Part shown: piece by piece, positions 9,368 to 19,365 of the stretch | How the letters are laid out: every line of letters begins with the position of its first letter | How positions within the stretch are numbered: the first letter of the stretch is position 1 | NCBI GenBank assembly: GCA_043803745.1 | Contig: JAZDJS010000048.1 | Location: 10,714 to 74,713 of the forward strand | DNA length: 64,000 nucleotides | Reading direction: 5' to 3' | Source of the DNA: an archaeon | Lineage (GTDB): Archaea; SpSt-1190; DYHY01 | The notes under the pieces: generated by a model | Seen by the model: the letters and a program-made list of their open reading frames with translations, nothing else | Databases searched by the model: none | Told to the model about the DNA's origin: nothing | Made by a program: the position numbers and the translations under genes

Positions 9368-11539
9368 ATGGGCTCTTTGCGGAAACGTTCGGTCTTTCTC
9401 CTTTTGCTCCTGTGTCTCCTGCTTTCGCTCGCCAACTCTGCCGAAATCTCCTCCTGCGGAACCGAGATCTCCTCTTCCGGAAGCTATTCCCTCTCAAAGA
9501 ACATCTCCGGCTCAAGCATAAACATCCAGAACGTGTACCTGGCTTGCCTGAAGGTTTCCTCATCCCACGTTTCAATTGACTGCGCGAATTTTTCAATAAC
9601 GGAGAGCTCCCCGGGAAAAACTGTCGGAATTTTCGTCCAGGGGCTTGTGAGGAACGTCACAATTCGCAACTGCAAGAGCCTTTCCGGATTTGAAACCGGA
9701 ATCTACCTTTCCGGGGCTCTTGACGGGGGGATTTCGGGCTCGAATATCACCGGGAACATCAACGGAATCAGGCTGATTTCCTCGGAAAACTTCAACCTTA
9801 CCGAAAGCAATGTTTCGGGGAACGTCATCGGGCTCTACAGCTATTTCGGGGAACGGAATTTCGCGGTCGGGAACATCTTTTCCCGGAACCGCCTCGTCGG
9901 AATAAAGGTCGAGGGACCGACTGCCCAGCGGCTTCCCGGACAGGGGAACTTCTTCTTTTGGAACAACGTTTCCGGAAGCGAGCAGGGATTCGAAATAACT
10001 AGGGCGAACGGGAACCTGCTCATAGGCAATCAGATCTCAAACTCAAGCATGTACGGGATACGCATCGCATACTCAAGGGACAACAACATCTCCCTGAACG
10101 CGATTTCGGGCTCGAAGAGGGTCGGCCTCTTCCTTGACACCTCCTCGGGCAACCTGTTCAGCTGCAACAATTTCTCCGGAAACCTTGTTGACATTGACAC
10201 CTACTATGCAAACGAGAACCTTGGAAACGCATCCTGCGACGGGGCCAATGTAACGATTGGAACGCCCCAAAACCAGACCAGGACAACTGCGCAGCTAACG
10301 ACGATCCCTGCTTGCGCCTGCACCCCTTGGGTTTCCCGGGGATGCAATACGGGAAGCTGCCAATACGGAAGCGAATTCTCGGAAAGGTCCTGCGCACCGG
10401 CGGGATGCGCATCGGAGAAAACGTGCATAATAAACGCATATTGCTATCGGCAGATTCCACTGGAAAACGCGCCCCAGACGAGCGTTCCCATCGAATCGTC
10501 CTGCCCTGCGAACTGCGACGATTCCAATCCTTGCACTGTCGATTCCTGCTCGGAAGAAACGGGCTTCAATTGCCGCCACGCAAGCCTACCTGAAGGGGCT
10601 TCCTGCGGAAAAGACCTTTTCTGCAAGGCAACTAGCGAATGCGCGCAAAAAAGCGAGCCACAGCAAAGCTGCCCTGCTTGTTCCGAACCGGGTGCTTGGT
10701 CCGGATGCTTGGATGGCGTGCATAGCCGGACAATACAGATATGCGGCCAGGAAACCGGATATTTCTGCGTTCCATACATTGAAAGGGGGGCTTGCCTGCT
10801 TCCGGCGCAGACAACCGTCCCTGCCGCAACAGCGCCCCCTTCCTCGTGCAGGGAGAACTCGGAATGCCCGGCAACGAATGTCTGCTCGGGAGGGCAGTGC
10901 GTTCCCGCAAAGCTGGTTCTTGTTTTTGTTCCGCTCAATTGGACTGGGAGCGCGCAGAGTTTCTCGGAAGAGGCCGATCGTCAGGCGAATTTCCTTCTGG
11001 CGAACCTGCCCCTTTCCGGCTGCCCGGAGAAGGTCAAGATTCTGAAGGGAACCGAACCCTGCGCTGCGCAGATATCCTGCAAATATTGCGGCGAGGCGCT
11101 TTCAATCCGGAGCTGCGCAAAAAGGGTTTCGGCAAGCGTTGACATTGCGATAGGGCTCACGAACCTGGACTCCCTCTGCAAGACGGAAATCCGCGGATTC
11201 TCCTGCGGTGCGGGGGGCGTTTTCGTCAAATCGGGCGGTTCCGAGGTTCTTGCCCACGAGGTTGGGCACGAGTTCGGTCTCCGCGACGAATATTGCAATT
11301 ACGGAACCCGCTGCGGGGAATTCGCAGCTCCAAATCCCCTCCGCGCGGAATACGGCTGCAATCCCTCGGATGCGAACTGCTGCTGGTGCTCCGGAAGCTA
11401 TTCAGTCTGCTGCTATGGGAACGTTAACGAGTTCGGCGGACGCTCGATCATGAGTTATGCCGGAGCCCCCGCCCCCAGGGCTTTCGACTATCCGGCGCTT
11501 GCGCACCTTAAAAGCCTGGAAAAACTGAGGTGTAACTGA
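9368..11539 (+). CDS. Secreted multidomain protein: parallel beta-helix + Cys-rich repeats + metzincin-like Zn protease
   Basis: Signal peptide; G-I-x-L/N-x-I beta-helix repeats; CDDSNPCTVDSC module; HEVGHEFGLRDEY zinc motif and SIMSY Met-turn. Confidence 0.85.
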   Translation: MGSLRKRSVFLLLLLCLLLSLANSAEISSCGTEISSSGSYSLSKNISGSSINIQNVYLACLKVSSSHVSIDCANFSITESSPGKTVGIFVQGLVRNVTIRNCKSLSGFETGIYLSGALDGGISGSNITGNINGIRLISSENFNLTESNVSGNVIGLYSYFGERNFAVGNIFSRNRLVGIKVEGPTAQRLPGQGNFFFWNNVSGSEQGFEITRANGNLLIGNQISNSSMYGIRIAYSRDNNISLNAISGSKRVGLFLDTSSGNLFSCNNFSGNLVDIDTYYANENLGNASCDGANVTIGTPQNQTRTTAQLTTIPACACTPWVSRGCNTGSCQYGSEFSERSCAPAGCASEKTCIINAYCYRQIPLENAPQTSVPIESSCPANCDDSNPCTVDSCSEETGFNCRHASLPEGASCGKDLFCKATSECAQKSEPQQSCPACSEPGAWSGCLDGVHSRTIQICGQETGYFCVPYIERGACLLPAQTTVPAATAPPSSCRENSECPATNVCSGGQCVPAKLVLVFVPLNWTGSAQSFSEEADRQANFLLANLPLSGCPEKVKILKGTEPCAAQISCKYCGEALSIRSCAKRVSASVDIAIGLTNLDSLCKTEIRGFSCGAGGVFVKSGGSEVLAHEVGHEFGLRDEYCNYGTRCGEFAAPNPLRAEYGCNPSDANCCWCSGSYSVCCYGNVNEFGGRSIMSYAGAPAPRAFDYPALAHLKSLEKLRCN

Positions 11540-12183
11540 TGAGACTGGACATTCTCCAAGCAGCCTGCATCCTGGCATCGCTTCTCCTGCTCCCGGCCTT
11601 CTCAGCCGAGTTCCTTGAACAAGTTCTTGAAATCGAGCTTTCGCTCAACCAGAACGGAAGCGCAAACCTGCTCGCATATTCGATTGTCCCGGCGGCAAGC
11701 TCGAGCGAAAGCCTGGGCAGCTACCGGATTGTCCTGAGCGCAGGGGGAACTGAAATTTCCGAAGTTAATTTTTCCGCCGAGTTCCTCCTTCTGACAGACC
11801 CGCCCGAGGAGGTTCCGGAATCCTTCGCAGTTGCAAGGCTGCCCATCGGGAACGCGTCAACCCCGGACCTCCTTGAAATCTTCTCGCCGGAGGGGAAACT
11901 TCTCCTTTCGGAAAAAATCGCTCTCTGCAATGCGGACGGCCTTTGCTCTTCCGGGGAGAACGCGCTCTCCTGTCCCTCAGACTGCCCTGCCGGCGGGCGC
12001 GACAGCCTCTGCCAGCCGGATGCTCCCGGATGCGACCCGGACTGCGAGAAAGCAGTTGACTCTAACTGCGGTGCGGCTCTGGAAAAAGTTGGCTGGGCAA
12101 CTCCGGCGGCGAAAGTTTTCGGCTTTCTTGCGGTTGTCGGAATTCTCGGCGGAGCATATGTTGCTTTCAGGAGAAAACGTTAA
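11539..12183 (+). CDS. Secreted, C-terminally membrane-anchored Cys-rich protein
   Basis: Signal peptide, CNADGLC..GEN..SCPSDC module, TM helix then RRKR; start overlaps the previous stop (TGATG). Confidence 0.8.
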   Translation: MRLDILQAACILASLLLLPAFSAEFLEQVLEIELSLNQNGSANLLAYSIVPAASSSESLGSYRIVLSAGGTEISEVNFSAEFLLLTDPPEEVPESFAVARLPIGNASTPDLLEIFSPEGKLLLSEKIALCNADGLCSSGENALSCPSDCPAGGRDSLCQPDAPGCDPDCEKAVDSNCGAALEKVGWATPAAKVFGFLAVVGILGGAYVAFRRKR

Positions 12184-12188
12184 TAACT

Positions 12189-12545
12189 GTGGAAGGGACA
12201 AGCCGGGAGAAGATGGCTCCGGCAAGGCGTTACATAGTAAGGGACATAGAAGACGCAAACGAATTTGCAGCGGATGCGAGAACTGGCCGCGGGGAGCATT
12301 TCGGATTCTTCCACCAAGGCCCTTTGCTTTCCAATGCGGCTAGGAAGGAAGCTCTTGAAAAAGCCTGGGAACACTGGAACGCTGCATACAGGGGCCTTGC
12401 GCACTATGCCGGGGATTCCTTCCCGCTATTCACGCATCCGATACTTTTGTTCAGAGTCTTGGCAGCAGAAAACGCGGTTAAATATGCCGATGGATCTCTC
12501 GAATCTGAACTGAGGGCAAACTACAAGCAACCAGTCGCCGTTTGA
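12189..12545 (+). CDS. Hypothetical protein
   Basis: 118-aa ORF filling the gap after the previous gene; start uncertain. Confidence 0.5.
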   Translation: MEGTSREKMAPARRYIVRDIEDANEFAADARTGRGEHFGFFHQGPLLSNAARKEALEKAWEHWNAAYRGLAHYAGDSFPLFTHPILLFRVLAAENAVKYADGSLESELRANYKQPVAV

Positions 12546-12553
12546 GAAACTCG

Positions 12554-12591
12554 GTCAAAGACCCCGCCAGCCCTAAAGGGCGGAGGCTTTC
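12554..12591. repeat. Palindrome resembling an IS200/IS605 end, or a bidirectional terminator
   Basis: GTCAAAGACCCCGCCAGCCCTAAAGGGCGGAGGCTTTC between convergent genes. Confidence 0.35.
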
Positions 12592-12596
12592 GCGAT

Positions 12597-13790
12597 TCAG
12601 TAAATCTTGACCCGCTGGTGTATCTGCCTCTCCCCGTAGAGGAAAATCAGGGCAATCGGGGTTATCAGGGTTGTCAGAAGGCTCATCAGGACGATTGCGG
12701 AGAAAGCCGACTGGTTAAGCGCGCCAGCCCCGAACCCGACAAGCGCTATTATCATTGCAATTTCTCCCCGGGGAACCATCCCCATTCCGATGATTGTCGA
12801 CTCTTTCAGGGGGAACTTGAAGGTGCGCGAGGTCACAAATCCGGCGATGAATTTCGTCAGCACGGCAACCAGCGTGAGGAGCAAAACGAAGAGAATCAGG
12901 GAGGGGTTCAGCGCCTTCCGCAGGTCGACAAGGATTCCGAGCGAAACGAAGAAAAGGTTCCCGAAAATTATCTCGAAATATCTGGCGCCCTCCTTGTGAG
13001 TTCCCGATTCCAGGTGCCCGATTGAAATCCCTGCAATGAACGCGCCGATTATTGCGGAAAGCCCGGCAACCTCGGCAAGGACGCTGTACGTGAATGCAAC
13101 GAAAACCGCGAGAATGAACGGAACGTGCTCGTAATTCCTGCGGGTGAGCGCCCAGTCCCGGAGCTCCTCTATCTTCCGGGAAATGAACCGTTTCCCGATA
13201 AACAGGCCTCCGGCAATGAAGATTGCCGCAATGAGCCCCTTCTCAAGGAGAATGAGAGGGGAAACTCTCCCGGGCCCGGCGACCTGCTCCGCAACCGCAA
13301 GGGCGAAAAGCCCGAGGACATCGTCGATGATTGCGGCGGAAAGGATTATTTTCGCCTCGGGTTTCCCCAGTTTTCCCAGCTCGGAAAGCACCTGGACCGT
13401 TATTGCAACGCTTGTTGCGGTGAGGGCTGTCCCGATGAAGAACGAGGCTTTCCCGCCATATCCGAAGAGGAGGGAAATCAGATAGCCGCCTAGCCAAGGG
13501 AAAACAATTCCCGCAAATGCGACCGCCCCTGCTTTCGGATTCCAGAGGTCCTCGAGCTTCGTGTCAAGCCCGACAGTGAAAAGGAGGAAAATCGCGCCGA
13601 TTGTCGCAAGGGCAGCGACAATTTCCGAATAGGGAATTATCCCTAGAAGGCTCGGCCCAAGGATTATTCCGGCAAGAATGCTCCCGACGACCCCGGATTG
13701 CTTGAAGCGGAAGGAAATGAAGAAACCGAACAGCGACGCGAAAAGGAGCAGGCTCATCTGGAAGGCAATTCCCGAAAGTCCGGATTCCAT
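12597..13790 (-). CDS. Cation:proton antiporter, CPA2 (NapA/KefB-like)
   Basis: About 12 TM helices; GIILGPS, TATSVAIT, AAIIDD and MVPRGEIA motifs. Confidence 0.92.
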   Translation of the reverse strand: MESGLSGIAFQMSLLLFASLFGFFISFRFKQSGVVGSILAGIILGPSLLGIIPYSEIVAALATIGAIFLLFTVGLDTKLEDLWNPKAGAVAFAGIVFPWLGGYLISLLFGYGGKASFFIGTALTATSVAITVQVLSELGKLGKPEAKIILSAAIIDDVLGLFALAVAEQVAGPGRVSPLILLEKGLIAAIFIAGGLFIGKRFISRKIEELRDWALTRRNYEHVPFILAVFVAFTYSVLAEVAGLSAIIGAFIAGISIGHLESGTHKEGARYFEIIFGNLFFVSLGILVDLRKALNPSLILFVLLLTLVAVLTKFIAGFVTSRTFKFPLKESTIIGMGMVPRGEIAMIIALVGFGAGALNQSAFSAIVLMSLLTTLITPIALIFLYGERQIHQRVKIY

Positions 13791-13817
13791 TTACGCAGGC
13801 GGAGGAAAGTCCGGGGC

Positions 13818-15188
13818 TTATTTAACGTTTCCCCATTGCGGCTCAAGGAAATCCTTTTCCGAAATCCGCTCGTTTATTTCCCCGGCAAGGTTTTCCTGCA
13901 TCAGGGCGCGCACCTCTTCCGGGCTCTTTTTCTGCCCGAGAAGCCAGGCAAGCTTCACATATGCGGTTTCCGGGAGAGTGTCCTTTGCGAAAACGGCGCC
14001 GGTTTCCCCGAGAAGCCTGAGGTTCCGGTATGTGTACGGATGGACTGCTCCGTAAATCGCCTGGCTTGTCATTGCGACGACAATTCCCGCATCAACGGCG
14101 TTCTTGATTGAAGGCAGCCAGGATTTGGGACCGTTGGTTATGACGTGTCCGAGCCCGGTTCCCTCGATTACTATTCCCCTGAAGCCCTTTGAAGCGTAAT
14201 GGTCGATGACTTCCGGGGAAAGGTTCGGGGCAATCTTGACAATCGCGGTCCTGTCCTCGAAATCGGGGCGCAGTTTCAACTCCGCGCAAGCTCCGGCTTT
14301 CCGGGGCTCCCCGAGAATCTCGATTCTCCCGTCCGGGAAGATTTTTGCGAACGGCGCCTTGTTAACCGACTGGAAGGCATCCCTCCGTGAAGTGTGCATT
14401 TTCCTTGCCTTCGTTCCCCAATGGGCGAGGCAGTAATCGTCGTTTGTTGTGCCGTGCATCACAAGAAAAACCCCTGCGGAAGCCTGCTTGGCAATGAAAT
14501 TCGCCGCGCAGAGGAGATTTATCGAGCCGTCGAAGCTTCCCCGGTCTGGCGACCTTTGCGCTCCGACGACGCAAACCGGTTTTTCAAGGTTCTGGAGAGC
14601 AAATGAGAGCGCGGCGGAAGTGTAGTGAAGGACGTCGGTTCCGTGGGTGACAATCACCCCGGAAATTTCCTTCTTGGAGAGCATCCGCCCGACCTCCTCT
14701 GCAATCAGGGAGAAATGGGAGAAATCCATGTCCTCGGATGCTATTGTGAACGGGGAGGAAACCTCGGCAATGTCAACTATTTTCGATATTTCCGGGACTG
14801 TTGAGATTACCTCCTCGGGCGTGCGGCACATGTAAACGCCTCCGGTCGAATAGTCGACATGCGTTCCGATTGTTCCGCCTGTCGAAACAAGCCCGATTTT
14901 CGGGAGCGCGCCAGCCGGCTTCTCCGCCCTTGCCGGGATTATCTTGCCTATCTTTATCCCCTCTCCAGTCTTGCGAACCGACCTTATTTCCGATGGGGAA
15001 ATTGCAAGGTTGTATCCGGTCGGAAGCTTGAGAACCAGATTTTCCCTGTTGCCCGCCGAAATTCGGGGCATGAGTATCCCCTGCTCCTTCGCACCGGAAG
15101 AAAGCTCGACTTCAATCGCATTCCCCTCGGCTATTTTTCCGGACGCAAGGAAGCGCGCCTCGATTTCTGGAGGATAACTGCCGGACAT
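13818..15188 (-). CDS. gatD: Glutamyl-tRNA(Gln) amidotransferase subunit D
   Basis: N-terminal LKLPTGYN domain plus asparaginase motifs STGGTI, THGTD, GAQRSPDR, RKMHTSRRDAF. Confidence 0.96.
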   Translation of the reverse strand: MSGSYPPEIEARFLASGKIAEGNAIEVELSSGAKEQGILMPRISAGNRENLVLKLPTGYNLAISPSEIRSVRKTGEGIKIGKIIPARAEKPAGALPKIGLVSTGGTIGTHVDYSTGGVYMCRTPEEVISTVPEISKIVDIAEVSSPFTIASEDMDFSHFSLIAEEVGRMLSKKEISGVIVTHGTDVLHYTSAALSFALQNLEKPVCVVGAQRSPDRGSFDGSINLLCAANFIAKQASAGVFLVMHGTTNDDYCLAHWGTKARKMHTSRRDAFQSVNKAPFAKIFPDGRIEILGEPRKAGACAELKLRPDFEDRTAIVKIAPNLSPEVIDHYASKGFRGIVIEGTGLGHVITNGPKSWLPSIKNAVDAGIVVAMTSQAIYGAVHPYTYRNLRLLGETGAVFAKDTLPETAYVKLAWLLGQKKSPEEVRALMQENLAGEINERISEKDFLEPQWGNVK

Positions 15189-15283
15189 CCCGGAAAACTC
15201 CGGTCAAGATATAAAAGAGTGGCCCTTCCGGACCGCTTAAGGAAGAAACGTTTAAATTGCGCTCCAATCATTCACTGAAATAA

Positions 15284-17110
15284 ATGAAAATAGGCCTTGA
15301 GATTCACCAGCAGCTGAAAACGAGCAAGCTGTTCTGCCGCTGCCCCTCGGTTCTCAGGGAGGTTAAGCCTGACGTTATTGTCGAAAGGCGCCTCAGGGCC
15401 GTTGCAAGCGAAACCGGCGCCCGCGACATTACCAGCGAAACCGAGTTTGCAAAGGGCAGGAAATTCATCTACCAGGCCTATTCGGACTCGACCTGCCTGA
15501 TAGAAATTGACGAGGCCCCCCCGAAGGAAATCAACCCGGAGGCGCTCCAGATTGCCTGCACAATTGCTGGCGCCCTGAACTGCCGGGTCGTCCCGGAGCT
15601 CCACGTTATGAGGAAGGCGATAATAGACGGCTCGTGCCCCTCGAGCTTCCAAAGGACCGCGCTCCTTGCAAAGGACGGTTTTGTCGAGGCCCGTTCCGGA
15701 AAGAAAATCAGGATAGAATCGATTTGCATCGAGGAGGATGCGGGGAGGATAATTGCATCAGACAATTCAAGCGCAACTTTCAGGGTCGACCGCCTCGGGA
15801 TTCCTCTCGTTGAGATAACGACCGCTCCGGAAATCGAATCGCCGGAAGAAGCGCGGGAGGTCGCGGAACGGATTGGAACGGTTCTCAGGCTTACCGGAAA
15901 GGTTGTCCGGGGACTTGGCTCGATAAGGCAGGACCTCAACGTCTCGGTTCCCGAAGGAGCGCGTGTCGAGATAAAGGGCGTCCAGCAACTCGACCAGATT
16001 CCCGAACTTGTCCGAATGGAGGCTGAGCGGCAGAAGAGCCTTGCAGGGATTGCCAAGAAATATTCCGACAGGATAATTGCAATTGAGCGGGCAGGCGGCC
16101 CAAAATCTGCGGAAGTAACTGAGGTTTTCCTTGAAACCGGATGCAAACTGCTGGCTGGCTTGGAAATACACGCGGCAATCCTTCCAGGTCTTGCGGGGAT
16201 ACTTGACGAGACCCTCCACGAGGGAAAGCGTTTTGGAAAGGAGGTTGCGGAAAGGATGCGCATCCTGACAACTGCACGGGGCTTCCTGCACACTGACGAA
16301 CTTCCCGCATATGGCGTCACAGCCGAAGAGGTCCGGGATTTGCGAGCCGCAACCGGCGCGGGCGAAAATGACCTGATCTGCCTCGTCGCTGGAAAGGGAC
16401 CCGAAGCACACCTTCCGCTGATGCCTGTTGTTGAAAGAATACTTCTCTCGAATCTCGGGGTTCCCGGCGAGACGCGGAAGGCGAATCCCGACTGCTCGAC
16501 AAGCTTCCTGAGGCCCATTTCCGGGAGCTCGCGCTTCTATCCGGAAACTGACGTTGCCCCGGCGCAAATGGGCCCCGTTAGAGCGGATTCGGTTGAATCC
16601 CCGGAGGAACGGATGGGGAAGCTGGAAAAGCTCGGGCTCCCTGAAAAGCTTGCGAAGGGACTGCTCCTTTCGGAAAACTATCCCCTCTTTCTCCTTGCGC
16701 TTGAAAAGCGCGTGCAGCCGGTTCTTGCGGCAACAATTGTCGAGGAAACTCTTCCGTACCTGAGAAGAAAGGGGATTGAAATCGACCGGGTTCCGGACAG
16801 CGACTATTCGGTGCTGTTTGAACTTGTTTCTTCGGGAAAGCTCCCCCGAGAAGGAATTCCTGACGCAATGGAGAAACTTGCGAGACACGAGGGGATTTCA
16901 AAACTCGCGGAAGCCGGGCGAGTTTCCGAAGCGCAGGTCGCCGGATTCGCAAGAAAGCTCATCTTTGAACGCAGGGAGTACATTCTCAAGGAGGGCGCGG
17001 AACGCGCAATATCCGGCCTGATGGGTGAACTGATGAAGGAATTTAAGGGGAAATTCTCCGGGACGCTGCTGAAGGAAATTCTTTCGAAGGAGCTTCTTGG
17101 AAATGCCTGA
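15284..17110 (+). CDS. gatE: Glutamyl-tRNA(Gln) amidotransferase subunit E
   Basis: KIGLEIHQQL, KLFCRC, DRLGIPLVEI, IRQDLNVS, RFYPETDV; AspRS-like insert (HTDELPAYG). Confidence 0.97.
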   Translation: MKIGLEIHQQLKTSKLFCRCPSVLREVKPDVIVERRLRAVASETGARDITSETEFAKGRKFIYQAYSDSTCLIEIDEAPPKEINPEALQIACTIAGALNCRVVPELHVMRKAIIDGSCPSSFQRTALLAKDGFVEARSGKKIRIESICIEEDAGRIIASDNSSATFRVDRLGIPLVEITTAPEIESPEEAREVAERIGTVLRLTGKVVRGLGSIRQDLNVSVPEGARVEIKGVQQLDQIPELVRMEAERQKSLAGIAKKYSDRIIAIERAGGPKSAEVTEVFLETGCKLLAGLEIHAAILPGLAGILDETLHEGKRFGKEVAERMRILTTARGFLHTDELPAYGVTAEEVRDLRAATGAGENDLICLVAGKGPEAHLPLMPVVERILLSNLGVPGETRKANPDCSTSFLRPISGSSRFYPETDVAPAQMGPVRADSVESPEERMGKLEKLGLPEKLAKGLLLSENYPLFLLALEKRVQPVLAATIVEETLPYLRRKGIEIDRVPDSDYSVLFELVSSGKLPREGIPDAMEKLARHEGISKLAEAGRVSEAQVAGFARKLIFERREYILKEGAERAISGLMGELMKEFKGKFSGTLLKEILSKELLGNA

Positions 17111-18590
17111 AGGCTCCCCGCCCAAGGGCTTGCCCAAGGGCTTGCCCAAGGGCTCGCCAAAGGGCTCGCCCGAAAGTTTCGGCTTTTCAATAATAGGGAG
17201 GAAATCGGGCGGCGAGGAAATCGGGCGGACTGATTTTGCGCTGATCCGGCAAGAGGGCTTGGACTTCCCGGAGTACCTTCCCTTCGGCTTGGAAACTCCG
17301 GACGGGGATGATTTGTTCCGGATTGGAAAAATCGTCAAGGCATACCAGAACATCCCGGAAATAACCGAAACTGGAGAGAAGCGGCGGGAGGAAATAGGGA
17401 AGCTTGTTTCGAAATATCTCGGGCTCCTTTCCGGGAAGAGGCTTTCGCGGGAAAAGGCCGAGCTTTATGAGCGGGTCGTTTTCTCGGCAACGGGGGAAGG
17501 GCGCGGTCCGCTTGAATTCCTTGTCGGAGACCCGCAAATCGAGGAAATAATGGTCAACGGAACGAGCCAGCCCATTTTCATCTTCCACCGCAGGTTCGGA
17601 ATGTGCGCTACGAACCTAAGGTTCGATTCGGAAGAATACCTGATTGAAAAGGCGAACCAGCTCCTTTTCCCCGGCAACAAAAGGGTCGATTCATCCAAGC
17701 CTTTCGCGCATGCAATTCTTCCGAACGGGGACCGGATCTCGGTCGAAATACCTCCGCTTGCGAAGGAACCCTGCATCGACATAAGGAAATTCTCGGAAAA
17801 GCCGATGACTCTTCCGGAACTCGTTAAACTGGGGATGCTCGACCTGCGGGCTGCCGCTTTCCTTTTCCTTGCCGTTGAGTCGGGCGTCTGCAACATCGGG
17901 GTCGTCGGCAACACGGGGGCCGGGAAGACAACGCTCCTTGGGGCGCTTCTGAGGCTGGCTCCGCCCTACCAGAGAGTTATTCTTGTCGAGGAAATACCGG
18001 AAATATCCGTTCCGCACAAGCACAACGTCCGACTTGTCCAGGTCGAGCATCTGGGAATCGGGATGGCGGAGCTTGTCCGGGAAACGCTGAGGCTCCGGCC
18101 GGACAGGGTTGTTGTCGGGGAAGTGAGGAGCCCCTCGGAAGTCCAGGCTCTCCGGGATTCCTGCCTTTCGGGCCAGGCATATTCCACCTATTTCACATAC
18201 CATTCCGAAAGCGCGCAGGCGGCGGTTGAGCGGCTTGAAAGCCAGGGAATTTCGCGGAAGGACTGCGAATATTTCGGCCTCCTCGTGGTTTGCAGGAGGT
18301 TCGAGGACCGGGACGGAAAAACGCGGAGGATTGTCTCGGAGATTTCCGAAATCGGAGCCGACGGGCGGACCCTGCCGCTTTTCAAGCACGATTTCAAAAG
18401 GAACCGCTGGATTCGCAGGCTCCGGGGGAAAAGCAGGGTTGAAGCGCGCCTGCTGGAGACTTTCATTTCGGGAAAGGGTGGGCTCTCCCGCGAAATTGCG
18501 AAGAGGGAGAAGCTTCTGAAAAGATTCTCGGACGCGGAGGATGCGGAGTTTTTCTCGGGAATCTGGAGGGCGGCCCGGAAAGGTGGCTGA
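17103..18590 (+). CDS. Type IV pilus/Tad assembly ATPase (CpaF/TadA/ArlI family)
   Basis: IEEIMVNG, IRKF, Walker A GNTGAGKTT, LRLRPDRVVVGEVR. Low-complexity PKGL repeats at the N-terminus. Confidence 0.93.
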   Translation: MPEGSPPKGLPKGLPKGSPKGSPESFGFSIIGRKSGGEEIGRTDFALIRQEGLDFPEYLPFGLETPDGDDLFRIGKIVKAYQNIPEITETGEKRREEIGKLVSKYLGLLSGKRLSREKAELYERVVFSATGEGRGPLEFLVGDPQIEEIMVNGTSQPIFIFHRRFGMCATNLRFDSEEYLIEKANQLLFPGNKRVDSSKPFAHAILPNGDRISVEIPPLAKEPCIDIRKFSEKPMTLPELVKLGMLDLRAAAFLFLAVESGVCNIGVVGNTGAGKTTLLGALLRLAPPYQRVILVEEIPEISVPHKHNVRLVQVEHLGIGMAELVRETLRLRPDRVVVGEVRSPSEVQALRDSCLSGQAYSTYFTYHSESAQAAVERLESQGISRKDCEYFGLLVVCRRFEDRDGKTRRIVSEISEIGADGRTLPLFKHDFKRNRWIRRLRGKSRVEARLLETFISGKGGLSREIAKREKLLKRFSDAEDAEFFSGIWRAARKGG

Positions 18591-19365
18591 CAAAAAAAGG
18601 GGCCTCATCCGGAGACAGTTCCGCTTGGCGGAGCTTGAACGGGAGCTTGCCGGCGTCGGGACGGACCTTCCGCTTGGCAAGCTTGCTTTTGGCGCAGCCG
18701 GGCTTGCATCCGCTCTTGCGGCCCTTTCGGCGCTCTCGGTTTTCAACGGGAATCTTCCCCTCGCGGCAATTTCCCTCGGGGGCGTTCTCCTTGCCCTGCG
18801 CATCCCCGAAATCTCCGCGAAAATCGCGTGCGCTGTCGCGCGAAAGTCCCTTGAAAGGGAACTGCCTTTCTTTCTCTCAAGATATTCCCATCTTGCGGCC
18901 CTTGGCGTGAATCCGCTGAAGGCGTTGGAGATTTCGGTGGGCTTTGGGGGTCCTGTCGGGAAGGTTGCGGGGGGTGCGCTTTTTTCCGCAAGGAAGGGGA
19001 TTCCGCTTGAAAAAGCGCTTGAGAATGCTTCGGAGGAGACTTTGTCAGAGCGGGCTGAAGAGGCGTTCTCGGCGATTTCGTCGGTTCTTTCCGACGGTTA
19101 TACCGGAAGCGCAAGGGAGCTTATCGACGGCATCTACAAGGGGCTTCTTGAGGAACACAAGGCGGCGCTTGAGGAATATTCGGCGAGGAGCCAGATAGTC
19201 TTCCTTTCGGTCGTTTTCTCGACTGCAATAATCCCGGCTCTTGCGGCTTTCGCCCTTGCTTTTTCCGAATCCGGAAACCCGGTCGCCGCGCCGGTCCTTT
19301 TCATCCTGGCCTTTCCGGCAATTGCCGCCGCACAGTTCCTTTACATGAGGTTCTCGTCGCCATGA
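18583..19365 (+). CDS. Type II secretion F-family / TadB-C platform membrane protein
   Basis: ERELPFFL motif, G...EKAL, TM pairs; overlaps the ATPase stop. Confidence 0.85.
   Translation: MADKKRGLIRRQFRLAELERELAGVGTDLPLGKLAFGAAGLASALAALSALSVFNGNLPLAAISLGGVLLALRIPEISAKIACAVARKSLERELPFFLSRYSHLAALGVNPLKALEISVGFGGPVGKVAGGALFSARKGIPLEKALENASEETLSERAEEAFSAISSVLSDGYTGSARELIDGIYKGLLEEHKAALEEYSARSQIVFLSVVFSTAIIPALAAFALAFSESGNPVAAPVLFILAFPAIAAAQFLYMRFSSP

Noticed and set aside
13801-13817. GGAGGAAAGTCCGGGGC, matching the RNase P RNA 5' signature
   Set aside because: It lies in a 27-bp gap; the rest of the RNA would be antisense to gatD, and I found no matching 3' P4 strand.
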